The position numbers were made by a program, and so were the translations under genes. Below are positions 38,230 to 47,967 of a DNA stretch of 64,000 nucleotides, one piece after another. Every line of letters starts with the position of its first letter. Positions within the stretch are counted from its first letter, which is position 1. A model generated the notes under the pieces. That model did no database searches. It was not told where the DNA came from and saw nothing but the letters and a program-made list of their open reading frames with translations. Source of the DNA: a candidate division WOR-3 bacterium (GTDB lineage: Bacteria > Hydrothermota > Hydrothermia > LBFQ01); contig JALWYV010000010.1 of NCBI GenBank assembly GCA_027003075.1, positions 3,900 to 67,899 of the forward strand. Reading direction: 5' to 3'.

Positions 38230-38946
38230 ATGAAACGTTTCCTCGCCCTCATGGAGAAGGATATTCGTCTGTCCCTACCGTGGTTTTTAACCAATCTGTT
38301 CGTACTCCTCCTCTTCGTTGGGTTATCAATCTTCTACGTCGGACGTAAGAACGATCTGGGAGTAATATTCCTGTTTCTGGCAATCGCCGGCGTCTTCCTC
38401 TGGTCCATCTTCGCCGGTATAGCCACGTACTTCAACGAAAGGGATGGAAGGGTTTACGAGTTCGTTAACACCCTGCCTGTAAACCGGACCCTGATACTCC
38501 TCTCCAAAGAGGTATGGCTGGTCGTTCAGGCCACCCTGTACATGGGTATAGTTACGTTCGGCTCCTTTGCACTCCTGAAGGTGTCCGGAAGTCTGGACGT
38601 TCCGAACGTAAAAGAGATGCTCACCTTCTCCGATACCTTCAAATTCGTACTGTCCGGGTACTTTCGCGTTCTTATTACTCTGACGGCGGGATTGCTCTCC
38701 GCCGCGCTTATAAAGGATATGCCCTTCCGGTGGTTCCTCGCCATCCTGCTTCTCATCGTACTCGTATGGTCGGTGGGATGGATAGACCTATCGCCCCTGC
38801 TCGGAGTGAAGGGGGTGACCGTTAGAACTCCTGAGGACGTGTCCAGAGCCCTTAACGCACAGGTTATTAACGAGACTCTCAGGTTTCTGGTATCCCTGAT
38901 ACTTCTGCTCGCCGGGGGTTTATGGATAGAGAGGCGGGGTTACTGA
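38230..38946 (+). CDS. Hypothetical polytopic membrane protein (6 TM)
   Basis: 238 aa, hydrophobic. No ABC ATPase partner adjacent. Confidence 0.4.
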   Translation: MKRFLALMEKDIRLSLPWFLTNLFVLLLFVGLSIFYVGRKNDLGVIFLFLAIAGVFLWSIFAGIATYFNERDGRVYEFVNTLPVNRTLILLSKEVWLVVQATLYMGIVTFGSFALLKVSGSLDVPNVKEMLTFSDTFKFVLSGYFRVLITLTAGLLSAALIKDMPFRWFLAILLLIVLVWSVGWIDLSPLLGVKGVTVRTPEDVSRALNAQVINETLRFLVSLILLLAGGLWIERRGY

Positions 38947-38978
38947 CCCGCCTTTCGGGCGTACAATAGGCGGTTGAT

Positions 38979-39632
38979 ATGAGGATATTCGTGGATTCCG
39001 CCGATGTTGAGGAAATAAAGAAACTTCACGAAATGGGTTTTATCTCTGGTGCCACGACGAATCCGAGTCTTGTGGCCCGGACGGGGCGTGAACCCCGGGA
39101 GATATACAGGGAGCTGGCGGAGATGCTTGAACACGTCTCCGCCGAGGTGGTTGCGGAGGACGCTGAGGGGATGTACAGGGAAGGTAAAGAGCTCGCGTCC
39201 ATACACCCTAACATCGTGGTTAAGGTGCCGTTCACTCCCGAAGGTCTGAAGGCCGTGGGGAAGTTAAAAGCGGACGGCATAAGGGTTAACGTCACCCTCA
39301 TATTCTCCGCAGCACAGGCCCTTATAGCAGCGAGGGCTGGCGCCGACTTCGTCTCCCCCTTCATCGGCCGTATAGACGACATCGGTTATTCCGGGGTTGA
39401 GATAGTGAGGGAAACGGCGAAGATCTTCATGCTCTACGACCTGCCCACGGAGATCATAGCAGCCAGTATAAGGCATCCGGCCCACTTCATAGAGGCGGCG
39501 AGGGCTGGGGCGCACATAGGGACGGTTCCCCCGGCCGTGATATGGAAGCTCCTCAAACATCCCCTTACGGATATAGGCCTTGAGAAGTTCCTCTCCGACT
39601 GGCGTAAGGCTCAGGAGAACCGGGCCGGGTAA
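38979..39632 (+). CDS. tal: Transaldolase / fructose-6-phosphate aldolase (short Tal/Fsa subfamily)
   Basis: 217 aa. MRIFVDSADVEEIKKLHEMGFISGATTNPSL... and ...VKVPFTPEGLKAVGKLKADGIRVNVTLIFS... Confidence 0.8.
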   Translation: MRIFVDSADVEEIKKLHEMGFISGATTNPSLVARTGREPREIYRELAEMLEHVSAEVVAEDAEGMYREGKELASIHPNIVVKVPFTPEGLKAVGKLKADGIRVNVTLIFSAAQALIAARAGADFVSPFIGRIDDIGYSGVEIVRETAKIFMLYDLPTEIIAASIRHPAHFIEAARAGAHIGTVPPAVIWKLLKHPLTDIGLEKFLSDWRKAQENRAG

Positions 39633-40420
39633 TGGAAAAGGTAAAGGCCGCCTTCTTTCTTATTCTGGCCCTTACGATAGGGGCGGTCGGCCTGTTGTGG
39701 CTTAAGAACTTCTCCCTGAAGAAGAGGTACCACTACGGGGCCTCTTTTAAGACGGCCGGTTTCCTCGGGAACGGTGACCCCGTCAGCCTTCAGGGGGTGA
39801 ACGTCGGGAGGATAGAGCGGATAGAGATATACACCGACAGCGTAATTATCCGATTCTACACGGAGGGGATAAGGTTGAGAGAGGGGGCGTACGCCCGCAT
39901 AGAGAACGAGGGTGTGGTGGGGAACCGGAAACTGGCGATATATCAGGGGAAGGGGAGGTTCCTCCCGGAGGGGGCCGTCATAAAAGGAGAGGAGACGCCC
40001 ACGTTCACGGATTTCGTCTTCCTGATAGACCGCATCCTGCAGAGCATAGAGAGGATATCCGCCCGTACGGATACCACCCTGTACAACGCCAACGTTCTGC
40101 TTTTGAGAACGAATAAGGAACTGGTCGTTCTGAGCCGTGAACTGAGGGAGCTGATCTCATCCACCAGAGATCTTACGGATAATGCCAACGCCAAACTGGA
40201 CGCCGTATCTTACCAGATCCTCCAGCTGGCCAACCGCTTAGACGAAACGGCAACGGTAGTTGACTCCTTCGTGCGCGCCGACGGTACCGTTCAAAGGCTC
40301 ATGACGGAGGATTCCCTTTACAACGAGTTGAACCTGACCGTTAAGGAACTCCGGAGTCTGATAGAGGATATCAGAAAGAACCCCGGAAAGTACATAAACG
40401 TAAACGTTAAACTCTTCTGA
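39632..40420 (+). CDS. mlaD: MCE/MlaD-family periplasmic lipid-transport protein
   Basis: N-terminal TM helix followed by an MCE domain (...GDPVSLQGVNVGRIERIEI...). A C-terminal coiled-coil-like region. Confidence 0.6.
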   Translation: MEKVKAAFFLILALTIGAVGLLWLKNFSLKKRYHYGASFKTAGFLGNGDPVSLQGVNVGRIERIEIYTDSVIIRFYTEGIRLREGAYARIENEGVVGNRKLAIYQGKGRFLPEGAVIKGEETPTFTDFVFLIDRILQSIERISARTDTTLYNANVLLLRTNKELVVLSRELRELISSTRDLTDNANAKLDAVSYQILQLANRLDETATVVDSFVRADGTVQRLMTEDSLYNELNLTVKELRSLIEDIRKNPGKYINVNVKLF

Positions 40421-40421
40421 T

Positions 40422-41204
40422 ATGCCCGTACACGTCGCCTCGGTAGTTCTTGGGGGGTTGCTCCTCGGCCTCATCTCCTTCTTTGTGGTCTCCAGAAACA
40501 TGGCCTTTGCCACCACCGGTGTTGCGCATGCGATGTTCGGAGGTATAGCCTTCGCGGTCGTGTTGGGGTTTGACCCCACGGTCGGAGGTATGCTCTTCGG
40601 TCTACTTATGGGTCTCGGTATCTACCTATTCGGGGAAAAATTGCCCCGCGATGCCGTGATAGGAATACTGTTCTCCTTCCTTATGAGCGTGGGAGCCATA
40701 GCCCTGCGCTTCTATCGTGGGTACGCCAACCTCCTGTGGTCCTACATGTTCGGCAACATAACTACGGCGACGTGGTTTAACGTCCTCTCAATTGCCGCAA
40801 TACTTATCGTGGGGCTGGCGTTCATGTTCTGGAAGTATGAAGGTCTCAAGCTCTACCTCTTCAGCGAGGAGATAGCCATGGCCGAGAAGGTACCCGTTAA
40901 CGTTTACCACGGTGTCCTGCTTCTATTTGAAACCCTCACGATTATACTCGTCCTCAGGGTCTTCGGATCCATACTGGCCTCATCCCTCGTCGTCGTCCCG
41001 GCGATGGTGTCCTTCGTCCTCTTCAGGGGTTTCCTGCGGTCCTTTCTCATGAGCGGCCTCATAGCAGTCATGCTCTCCGTCCTGGGGTACGCCCTTGCCT
41101 TTTACCTTGACCTCCCTTACGGTGCGACCACCACGTCTCTGGCCTTCGTCCTTTTCGTCCTGGTCTGGGCATTCAGGAGGGGAGGGGTATGGTTGAGGGT
41201 TTAG
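40422..41204 (+). CDS. ABC-3 family (ZnuB/MntB-like) metal ABC transporter permease
   Basis: 260 aa with 8 hydrophobic segments and an ABC-3-like pattern. No cognate ATPase or substrate-binding protein adjacent. Confidence 0.45.
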   Translation: MPVHVASVVLGGLLLGLISFFVVSRNMAFATTGVAHAMFGGIAFAVVLGFDPTVGGMLFGLLMGLGIYLFGEKLPRDAVIGILFSFLMSVGAIALRFYRGYANLLWSYMFGNITTATWFNVLSIAAILIVGLAFMFWKYEGLKLYLFSEEIAMAEKVPVNVYHGVLLLFETLTIILVLRVFGSILASSLVVVPAMVSFVLFRGFLRSFLMSGLIAVMLSVLGYALAFYLDLPYGATTTSLAFVLFVLVWAFRRGGVWLRV

Positions 41205-41773
41205 TATTAGGGTCGTCCCTCCTCCTCACACCGGTAAGCATATACGCATTAGACGAACCCGTAAGGGAGTACGCCCTTTCACACAGAAGTCCTTTCGCCG
41301 ACAGGGTCTTTGGCACGGTAAACGTCTTAGGGGACGGCAAATTGCACTTCGCAGCATGGACGGGAATAACCCTCACAGGCTATATTTTGAAAAACGAAGG
41401 GCTTTACGACTTCGGTAAGTGGGGAGGAGTATCCTTCGTAATAACCGGTATCACCACCCTCGCCCTTAAGTCCGCAATAGGGCGGGCGAGGCCCCACCTG
41501 AACGAAGGAGCCACCAGCTTCTCCCTGTTTACGCTTGACGACGACCACCACTCCCTTCCCTCCGGCCACACGTCCGTAGCCTTCTCCTCCGCCGGGTACG
41601 TCTTTGCCCGTACGGATAACCCGTGGATAAGATGGGGAGGTGTGGCCGTGGCCTCCACGGTGGGAATGGCCCGGATATACCGGGACAGACACTGGCTCTC
41701 CGACGTGATCATGGGGGCGGGTATCGGCTTCTCCATAGGTTACTTCGTCGGCAGGTGGGCGGAGCGACCGTAA
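41189..41773 (+). CDS. PAP2-family phosphatase (phosphatidic acid phosphatase type 2 / PgpB-like)
   Basis: PAP2 motifs KSAIGRARP, PSGHTS and SRIYRDRHWLSDV. 194 aa. Confidence 0.75.
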   Translation: MVEGLVLGSSLLLTPVSIYALDEPVREYALSHRSPFADRVFGTVNVLGDGKLHFAAWTGITLTGYILKNEGLYDFGKWGGVSFVITGITTLALKSAIGRARPHLNEGATSFSLFTLDDDHHSLPSGHTSVAFSSAGYVFARTDNPWIRWGGVAVASTVGMARIYRDRHWLSDVIMGAGIGFSIGYFVGRWAERP

Positions 41774-41781
41774 AATAATCC

Positions 41782-42636
41782 GTGTTTCTCGTAATACTCG
41801 CCGGTAGGTTCACGTTTACGGCCGGATCCATGACGGTTATGTTCAAGGGTGGTGAGACGGTTTACGTGTTGAGCAAGGGGGTGAAGGTCAGGACGACGGA
41901 CTACGATATAGAGGGTTCCCATGGAGTCTACTACGAGAACGCCGGAATAGTTCGCCTTCAGAACGCCGATATAACCTCTGCCAACCTGAAGATGAGGGCA
42001 AAGAAACTCTACTACAGGAGGAAAAACCGCCTCCTCCGCCTCACGGGTGACGCCTACTTTGAGGACAGGTACAGGAAGGTATCCGGAGATAAGATAGTCG
42101 CGAAGGGAGATTCCGCGTGGGTGATAGGTGACGTCCTTGTAGAGTCCAAAACGAAGGGGATAGTAGTGGAGGGGGACAGCGCCTTCTACGACGGCAGGGA
42201 GGCCTTCGGATACGTTATAGGGGACGCCTACGCGAAGATACTCCGAAGGGATACGGTTGAGATCCGGGCGGACATGTTTCTCCTCCATAAGGATACCACC
42301 TTCGGTATAGGGAACGTCGTTGCCACCTCCCGGAGGTTCAGGGCCACAGGGGACACCTTCCGCGTTGTCATGGCAGATACCTCTCTGAAGAGTCTCCTCA
42401 TATTCGGAAACGCGAAGGTGGAGTGGGAGAACGGTGAAGGCTCTTCCCGTACGGTTGAGATAACCTTCAGGGACGGATACGTGGAGTACGTTATCTTCCG
42501 GGACTCCGCACGGGTGGTTTACAGGGAAGGGGGAAGTACGATAGACGTGTCCGGAAACTACATCCGGGCCTACTCGGTCAGGGACACCCTTAAACACATC
42601 TACGTGAAGGAGCTGTTTGAAGGCAGGTACAGGTAG
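41782..42636 (+). CDS. lptA: OstA/LptA-family periplasmic protein (LPS transport LptA-like)
   Basis: 284 aa. Repeated OstA-N-like beta-jellyroll pattern (...GDAYFEDRYRKVSGDKIVAKGDSAWVIGDVLVESKTKGIVVEGDSAFYDG...). The antisense ORF 41740..42666 is rejected. Confidence 0.5.
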   Translation: MFLVILAGRFTFTAGSMTVMFKGGETVYVLSKGVKVRTTDYDIEGSHGVYYENAGIVRLQNADITSANLKMRAKKLYYRRKNRLLRLTGDAYFEDRYRKVSGDKIVAKGDSAWVIGDVLVESKTKGIVVEGDSAFYDGREAFGYVIGDAYAKILRRDTVEIRADMFLLHKDTTFGIGNVVATSRRFRATGDTFRVVMADTSLKSLLIFGNAKVEWENGEGSSRTVEITFRDGYVEYVIFRDSARVVYREGGSTIDVSGNYIRAYSVRDTLKHIYVKELFEGRYR

Positions 42637-42671
42637 TACGTCTGTATTCTCCGCATTACAATACACGCACT

Positions 42672-43574
42672 ATGGAAAGGTTAAAGTGGTGGATCAGGCT
42701 ATCCAGACCGGAGTTCCATACGGTAGGCATAGCACCCGTAATTCTCGGAGCAGCCGCAGGTTACTCCGTGGCCGGGGTCTTCTACCTTCTGCCCACGGCC
42801 CTCGCAATACTTGCGGTCGTACTTATAATGCTCGCGACCTACTGGTCTGGGGAGGTCTTTGATTACGAGGTGGACGTCCTCTCTGCCCAGATGGAGAAGA
42901 ACAAGTTCTCCGGTGGTACGCTCGTCCTCCAGAGGGGCGGGGTACCCAGAGAGAAGGCCTTCATAGGTGCGGTTATAGCCTTCGTAGTAGCCGGCCTTCT
43001 GGGTCTGACCTTCCTGAGGATGGGGTACTCCTACGACCTCTTCCTCGCCGGGGTGATCGGGGGGCTGATGGGTTTCTTCTACACCACGCCGCCCTTCCGA
43101 TGGGCCTACCGTGGAGTAGGGGAAACTTTCATAGGGTTCGCCTACGGCTACCTTCCCGTCGCCGTGGGGTACCATCTTCAGACGAAGTCGTGGGACCTGC
43201 TACCCATCCTCCTTTACGGTACGCCCATAGCCGTATCCATCTTCATGGTCATACTCATAAACGAGTTCCCCGACTACCCGGCCGACCTGAGGGTGGGTAA
43301 GAAGAACCTGGTCGTACGCCTTGGAAGGAAAAGGGCTGCCGTAGTTTACGTCCTGTCGGCCGTACTCTTTACCCTGTCCATAGTTATCCCGGCAGTTCTC
43401 GGATACAGGCCTTTCCTGTACGCCCTTCCCGTTGTCCTGCTCGCCCTCTTTAACGCTTACAGAGTAGGCAGGGGGTTGTGGAAAGACAGGAAGACACTTG
43501 AGAACATCTGTGCCACGACCATAGTCATCAACCTTGGTACAGCAGTGCTGCTAACTATTGGGCTACTGCTCTAA
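42672..43574 (+). CDS. UbiA-family prenyltransferase (MenA-like 1,4-dihydroxy-2-naphthoate prenyltransferase suspected)
   Basis: 300 aa with 8-9 TM segments and the Asp-rich motif GEVFDYEVDVLS. Confidence 0.6.
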   Translation: MERLKWWIRLSRPEFHTVGIAPVILGAAAGYSVAGVFYLLPTALAILAVVLIMLATYWSGEVFDYEVDVLSAQMEKNKFSGGTLVLQRGGVPREKAFIGAVIAFVVAGLLGLTFLRMGYSYDLFLAGVIGGLMGFFYTTPPFRWAYRGVGETFIGFAYGYLPVAVGYHLQTKSWDLLPILLYGTPIAVSIFMVILINEFPDYPADLRVGKKNLVVRLGRKRAAVVYVLSAVLFTLSIVIPAVLGYRPFLYALPVVLLALFNAYRVGRGLWKDRKTLENICATTIVINLGTAVLLTIGLLL

Positions 43575-43624
43575 GCGGGTGTAAAGCATATATTTACGCA
43601 GGATCGTAAAGCTGAATAATCGGT

Positions 43625-44188
43625 TTATTTTATCACCTCCTCAACCCTCACCTTAAGGCCTTTCAGAACGCACGATTCAACCCCACCCTTTTCAGCAGCA
43701 ACCGAGTAAAGGACGTACTTGCCCTTCTTCAAACACCACACCTCAATAACCCTTTCGCCGGGAAGCACGATCCAGTACTCTTTGACACCGTGTTTTTCGT
43801 AAAGAGAGAACTTCTCGTACCTGTCCCTCACGTAGCTCGTAGGTGAAACTATCTCAACCACAAGGTCGGGGGGGCCGAACAGCCTGCCATGTTTGATATT
43901 CTTCAGGTTTTCGTTGGATATGAAGACTATATCAGGCTGGACGACTACGGTATCCGAAAGGATGACGTCAAAGGGGGCATCTAAAACCTGTCCGAGGTCG
44001 TTTTTCTTTACGTACTCCCAGATGAGAAACTCCAGGTCCCGCGATATCCTTTGATGCTCAAACCCCGGTGCCGGCATCTCGTACAACCTCCCGTTTATGA
44101 CCTCATAGCGTTTGTCGTCTGTAAGACGAAGGTAGTCCTCGTAGGTCCAAACTTTTGATCTCTCAACTACCGCTTCCTTCATCCTCAA
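43625..44188 (-). CDS. Uma2-family (DUF820) PD-(D/E)xK endonuclease, paralog 1
   Basis: 187 aa. ...WTYEDYLRL...YEVINGRLYEMPAPGFEHQ...VVVQPDIVFIS...PPDLVVEIVSPTS...KFSLYEKHGVKEYWIV is the Uma2 signature. Confidence 0.8.
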   Translation of the reverse strand: MRMKEAVVERSKVWTYEDYLRLTDDKRYEVINGRLYEMPAPGFEHQRISRDLEFLIWEYVKKNDLGQVLDAPFDVILSDTVVVQPDIVFISNENLKNIKHGRLFGPPDLVVEIVSPTSYVRDRYEKFSLYEKHGVKEYWIVLPGERVIEVWCLKKGKYVLYSVAAEKGGVESCVLKGLKVRVEEVIK

Positions 44189-44726
44189 CCTCCTTTAGAA
44201 GGTCCCTGAGTCTGAACTTCACACCTTGTAAAAGATCCACCTCCTCATCTTCACTAAAGATTTTAATCCCTTCCTCACTTACCACAACAACTTCCCTGTC
44301 TTCGGGGAAAATCCAAACCTGCCTCTTTACTCCCCACCTCCTGTAGTTCTCCATCTTCTCAATGGTGTAGGGCAGGCTATCAGAGGGTGATACTATCTCA
44401 ACCACAAGATCCGGCGGCACCTCTATCGCCCCTTTTGGAACTCCCTGTAGCCTGTTCTTAGATATTGCCACTACATCCGCCCCACGGAGGGTTAAGGGGG
44501 AACGGGAGAGTAGTAGCGCCACTTCCCCAACGGATATTCTGTATCTATCCTTTAACTTCAGGAGTAGGTTTGCTATCATAAGTTCCATCATGCCGTGAGA
44601 AAAACCTGCAGGCATCTTTCTGACCTCCTTACCCCTTACGACCTCTGAAACCTCCGCTGGGATCCTTCCGTTCAGGTAGTCCTCGTAAGTCCATATCCTC
44701 TCCTTTTCAAGAACGGCCTCCTTCAT
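44163..44726 (-). CDS. Uma2-family (DUF820) endonuclease, divergent paralog 2
   Basis: 187 aa. ...WTYEDYL...PPDLVVEIVSPSD...YRRWGVKRQVWIFP. Overlaps paralog 1 by 26 nt. Confidence 0.7.
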   Translation of the reverse strand: MKEAVLEKERIWTYEDYLNGRIPAEVSEVVRGKEVRKMPAGFSHGMMELMIANLLLKLKDRYRISVGEVALLLSRSPLTLRGADVVAISKNRLQGVPKGAIEVPPDLVVEIVSPSDSLPYTIEKMENYRRWGVKRQVWIFPEDREVVVVSEEGIKIFSEDEEVDLLQGVKFRLRDLLKEVEDEGSGS

Positions 44727-45280
44727 TTCAGTACCTCCTCAACTTTCACCTTGAAGTCCTTTAAGATGCACGACTCAACCTCTCCTTTCTCTACCGCAAC
44801 CGAGTGCAGAATGTACTTATCTTCTTTCAAGCACCACACCTCAATTACCCTTTCGCCGGGCAGAACTATCCAGTACTCTTTGACTCCATGCTTTTCGTAA
44901 AGAGAGAACTTCTCGTACCTGTCCCTGTAATAACTGGACGGTGAAACTATCTCAACTACCAAATCGGGAGGGCCGAACAGTCTGCCGCGTTTAATGTTCT
45001 TCAGGTTATCGTTGGATATGAATACGATGTCAGGCTGGACGACTACGGTATCCGAAAGGATTACGTCAAAAGGGGCGGAAAGAACTTTGCCCGATGCAGC
45101 CTTTTTGGTATAGGATCGCATCAACGTATAAATCTCTCCAAGTATATCCTGATGCTCAAACCCCGGTGCGGGCATTTCTTCCAACCTCCCGTTTATCAGC
45201 TCGTACCTCTTATCGTCGTCAAGGCGAAGGTAGTCCTCGTAAGTCCATACCTTTCCTTTTTCTAAAACGGCATCCTTCAT
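44723..45280 (-). CDS. Uma2-family (DUF820) endonuclease, paralog 3 (closely similar to paralog 1)
   Basis: 185 aa. The C-terminal half is nearly identical to paralog 1 (VVQPDIVFISNDNLKNIKRGRLFGPPDLVVEIVSPSSYYRDRYEKFSLYEKHGVKEYWIVLPGERVIEVWCLK...). Confidence 0.8.
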   Translation of the reverse strand: MKDAVLEKGKVWTYEDYLRLDDDKRYELINGRLEEMPAPGFEHQDILGEIYTLMRSYTKKAASGKVLSAPFDVILSDTVVVQPDIVFISNDNLKNIKRGRLFGPPDLVVEIVSPSSYYRDRYEKFSLYEKHGVKEYWIVLPGERVIEVWCLKEDKYILHSVAVEKGEVESCILKDFKVKVEEVLK

Positions 45281-45358
45281 ATCCTCGCCTCCTTCGTAGA
45301 TTATACTGCCGAAAGCCCGGTCTAATAGGGGATACTTTCCGGGTGACCTCTTATGCCA

Positions 45359-46366
45359 TCATATAAGGTTGGACAGAATCTCCCTGAAGGCAAGGAACAG
45401 GGTGTCGGAAGGTAAATTTTCAATACGCAGGGAAAGGAACAGATAGAGAATATAGACTGCGAGGAAGAGAATTCCCCGCTTCCTTCCGAGCAGACTTCCA
45501 CGGCTGACCATCGTAAAGAACAGGAACATAGACGTGGTTAAAAGCAGGAAGATGGCGTCAAATACCGCCCTCCCGGGCAGATCTATAGGACGTATTACGG
45601 AACTCAGGCCCAGAATCATGGCAACGTTAAAGATGTTGGATCCGGAGACGTTCCCTATCGCGATGTAGGGGTTCCCGCGTATAGCCGCAACCGTAGATGT
45701 GGCGAGCTCCGGCAGAGACGTTCCCACGGCGAGGATAAAAAGGCCCACGAAAACTTTACTGAGACCGAGGGTGTCGGCTATGCCCACGGCCCCGTTGAGC
45801 GCCCACGTGGATCCGACGGCAAGGGCCACACTTCCGGCCACCACCTTAATCAGGGAAGAGGGCAGGGTACCTTTAACATCTCCATCCACCAGTTCCTCTC
45901 CATGGGAACGGAAAAGGGTGACGTACAGATAGACGGCGAAGAATAGCAGGAGGATCAAACCCTCCAACCTTGACAGGAACGCCCTCTCACCGGAAGGCAG
46001 AAACATCAGGGCCACTAAAAGTACGACGAGAAGGAGGTTAGCCGGTATCTCCCTCCTCAGGATGAGGGCGTGCCTCTTTATGGGCGATATGAGGGCGGTT
46101 ATCCCCAGTATAAGGAGTATGTTGGCTATGTTGGAACCCACTATGTTCCCCACCGTAATACCGGACTCCCCCCTTACGCTGGCCAGAACGTTTATGACCA
46201 GCTCCGGCAGGGAAGTGCCGAAGGCCACGACCGTAAGGCCGACCACTATCTCCGGTATACGGAGCCTCCGGGAAAGGTAAACTGCTCCCTCCAATAGGTA
46301 ATCCGCCCCCTTTATGAGAACCGCAAGCCCTACCACCACGAGGATAATATCCTTCATCACCCCCAT
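45359..46366 (-). CDS. CaCA-family sodium/calcium (cation) antiporter (YrbG-like)
   Basis: 335 aa. Two alpha-repeat motifs GITVGNIVGSNIANILLILGI and GNVSGSNIFNVAMILGL. 10 TM segments. Confidence 0.8.
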   Translation of the reverse strand: MGVMKDIILVVVGLAVLIKGADYLLEGAVYLSRRLRIPEIVVGLTVVAFGTSLPELVINVLASVRGESGITVGNIVGSNIANILLILGITALISPIKRHALILRREIPANLLLVVLLVALMFLPSGERAFLSRLEGLILLLFFAVYLYVTLFRSHGEELVDGDVKGTLPSSLIKVVAGSVALAVGSTWALNGAVGIADTLGLSKVFVGLFILAVGTSLPELATSTVAAIRGNPYIAIGNVSGSNIFNVAMILGLSSVIRPIDLPGRAVFDAIFLLLTTSMFLFFTMVSRGSLLGRKRGILFLAVYILYLFLSLRIENLPSDTLFLAFREILSNLI

Positions 46367-46406
46367 ACCGAAAGTGTAAATTCTAAATCCGAACGGTGAA
46401 CGGGAA

Positions 46407-47927
46407 CTACCCCTCCTTTGGTCTGAGGGTGGGCAATGGTATCACGTCCCTGATGTTCTCCGAACCGGTTATGAGCATGAAGATACGGTCCAGACCGAGA
46501 CCGAGGCCTCCCGTGGGGGGCATACCGTACTCAAGGGCGGTTATGAAGTCCCAGTCCACGTCCTCTGGAAGTTCCTCGTCTTTGGCAACCTTGCGCAGCT
46601 CCACCTCCTCAAGTAGCCTTCGCTTCTGGTCAAGGGGGTCGTTCAGCTCGGAGAAGGCGTTCGCCACCTCCATACCCGCAACGAACAGCTCAAACCTCTC
46701 AACCACGCCCTCTTTTTCCCTGTGCTTACGGGCAAAAGGAGATAGTTCAAGTGGATGGTCTATTACGAAGGTGGGATCCGTGAGGTGGTCCCCGACGAAG
46801 TGATCAAATAGTTTGTCGTAGAGCTTGGCCCTCGTGGGATTCTTTACCTTTATGCCCTCCCTCCGGGCAACTTCCATCAACTTCTCGTAGGGAGCCTTCA
46901 GTACGTCAAAGCCGAGTTTCTCGTTCAGGGCATCAACGAAACTCACCCTCTTAAAGGGTCTTCTGGCGTTTATCCTCTTCCCCCTGTACTCAAACTCCTC
47001 CTCGCCTGTCAGGAGTCTCACCATGGCGTTGAAGTACTCCTCGGTAAGGTCCATGACGTCGTTGTAATCCCAGTAGGCGGCGTAGGCCTCAAGGGCCGTA
47101 AACTCCGGGTAATGGGTGGCGTCTATACCCTCGTTTCGGAAGTTCTTACCTATCTCGTATATGCGGGAGAACCCCCCCACTAAAAGTTTCTTCAGGGATA
47201 ACTCCGTGGCTATGCGGAGGTAGAGGTCGGTCTCAAGGGCGTTGGAGTAGGTTTTGAAGGGCCTGGCCGTAGCCCCTCCGTATATGGGTTGCAGGATAGG
47301 AGTCTCCAGCTCAACGAACCCCCTGTCCTCAAAAAATCGTCGGGTCTCTTTCAGGAAGAGGTAGCGACGGTAGAAGTGCTTGCGAGCCTCAAGGTTTGAT
47401 ATGAGGTAAAGGTATCTCTGCCTGTACTTCAGTTCCGGGTCCTGTATGCCGTGCCACTTCTCAGGTAACGGGTGGAGGGACTTGACGAGGAGAGTTAACC
47501 TCTCCACTAAGACAGTAGGCTCCCCCGTCTTCGTCCTTATCGTCTCCCCCTCAACTCCTATAACGTCCCCTATGTCCACGAGCTTTTCGTAAATCTTGGC
47601 GGGGTTCTTGCTTCCCTCGTACCTCTCAAGGTCAAGGCCAACGAAGAAGTCCTCGGGGGTTTTCCCCCTCTGGATCATTATCTGAATATCGGTGAAATCT
47701 CCCCGCAGGTGGGAGAATATGAGCTTCCCGAAAGGCCGCTTCGTCATTACCCTTCCGGCTATCCTGACCCTCAGACCCTCCCGGAAGTTCTCTTTCAGTT
47801 CGTCCACAGTGTGGGTGGGGTCGTAGCGGTAAGGGTAGTCCACCCCAAGAGATCGCAGAAACTCCAGTTTCTTTAAACGTACCTCGTACTCGGAGGAAGC
47901 CATAGGCGGCGATTGTAAAGGGGACAA
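46407..47927 (-). CDS. lysS: Lysine--tRNA ligase (class II)
   Basis: 506 aa. N-terminal OB-fold anticodon-binding domain. Class II motifs ...FRNEGIDATHYPEFT... and ...GGLGLGLDRIFMLITG.... The true start may be the internal MASSEYEVRLKKL (47903). Confidence 0.9.
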   Translation of the reverse strand: MSPLQSPPMASSEYEVRLKKLEFLRSLGVDYPYRYDPTHTVDELKENFREGLRVRIAGRVMTKRPFGKLIFSHLRGDFTDIQIMIQRGKTPEDFFVGLDLERYEGSKNPAKIYEKLVDIGDVIGVEGETIRTKTGEPTVLVERLTLLVKSLHPLPEKWHGIQDPELKYRQRYLYLISNLEARKHFYRRYLFLKETRRFFEDRGFVELETPILQPIYGGATARPFKTYSNALETDLYLRIATELSLKKLLVGGFSRIYEIGKNFRNEGIDATHYPEFTALEAYAAYWDYNDVMDLTEEYFNAMVRLLTGEEEFEYRGKRINARRPFKRVSFVDALNEKLGFDVLKAPYEKLMEVARREGIKVKNPTRAKLYDKLFDHFVGDHLTDPTFVIDHPLELSPFARKHREKEGVVERFELFVAGMEVANAFSELNDPLDQKRRLLEEVELRKVAKDEELPEDVDWDFITALEYGMPPTGGLGLGLDRIFMLITGSENIRDVIPLPTLRPKEG

Positions 47928-47967
47928 TTCAGGTTGACTTTCCCTTCGTCCCCTCCGGCGGGCATAG

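Noticed and set aside
41740-42666. 308-aa minus-strand ORF overlapping the OstA/LptA-like gene
   Set aside because: The antisense frame is not protein-like. The plus-strand product has repeated OstA-type beta-jellyroll motifs.
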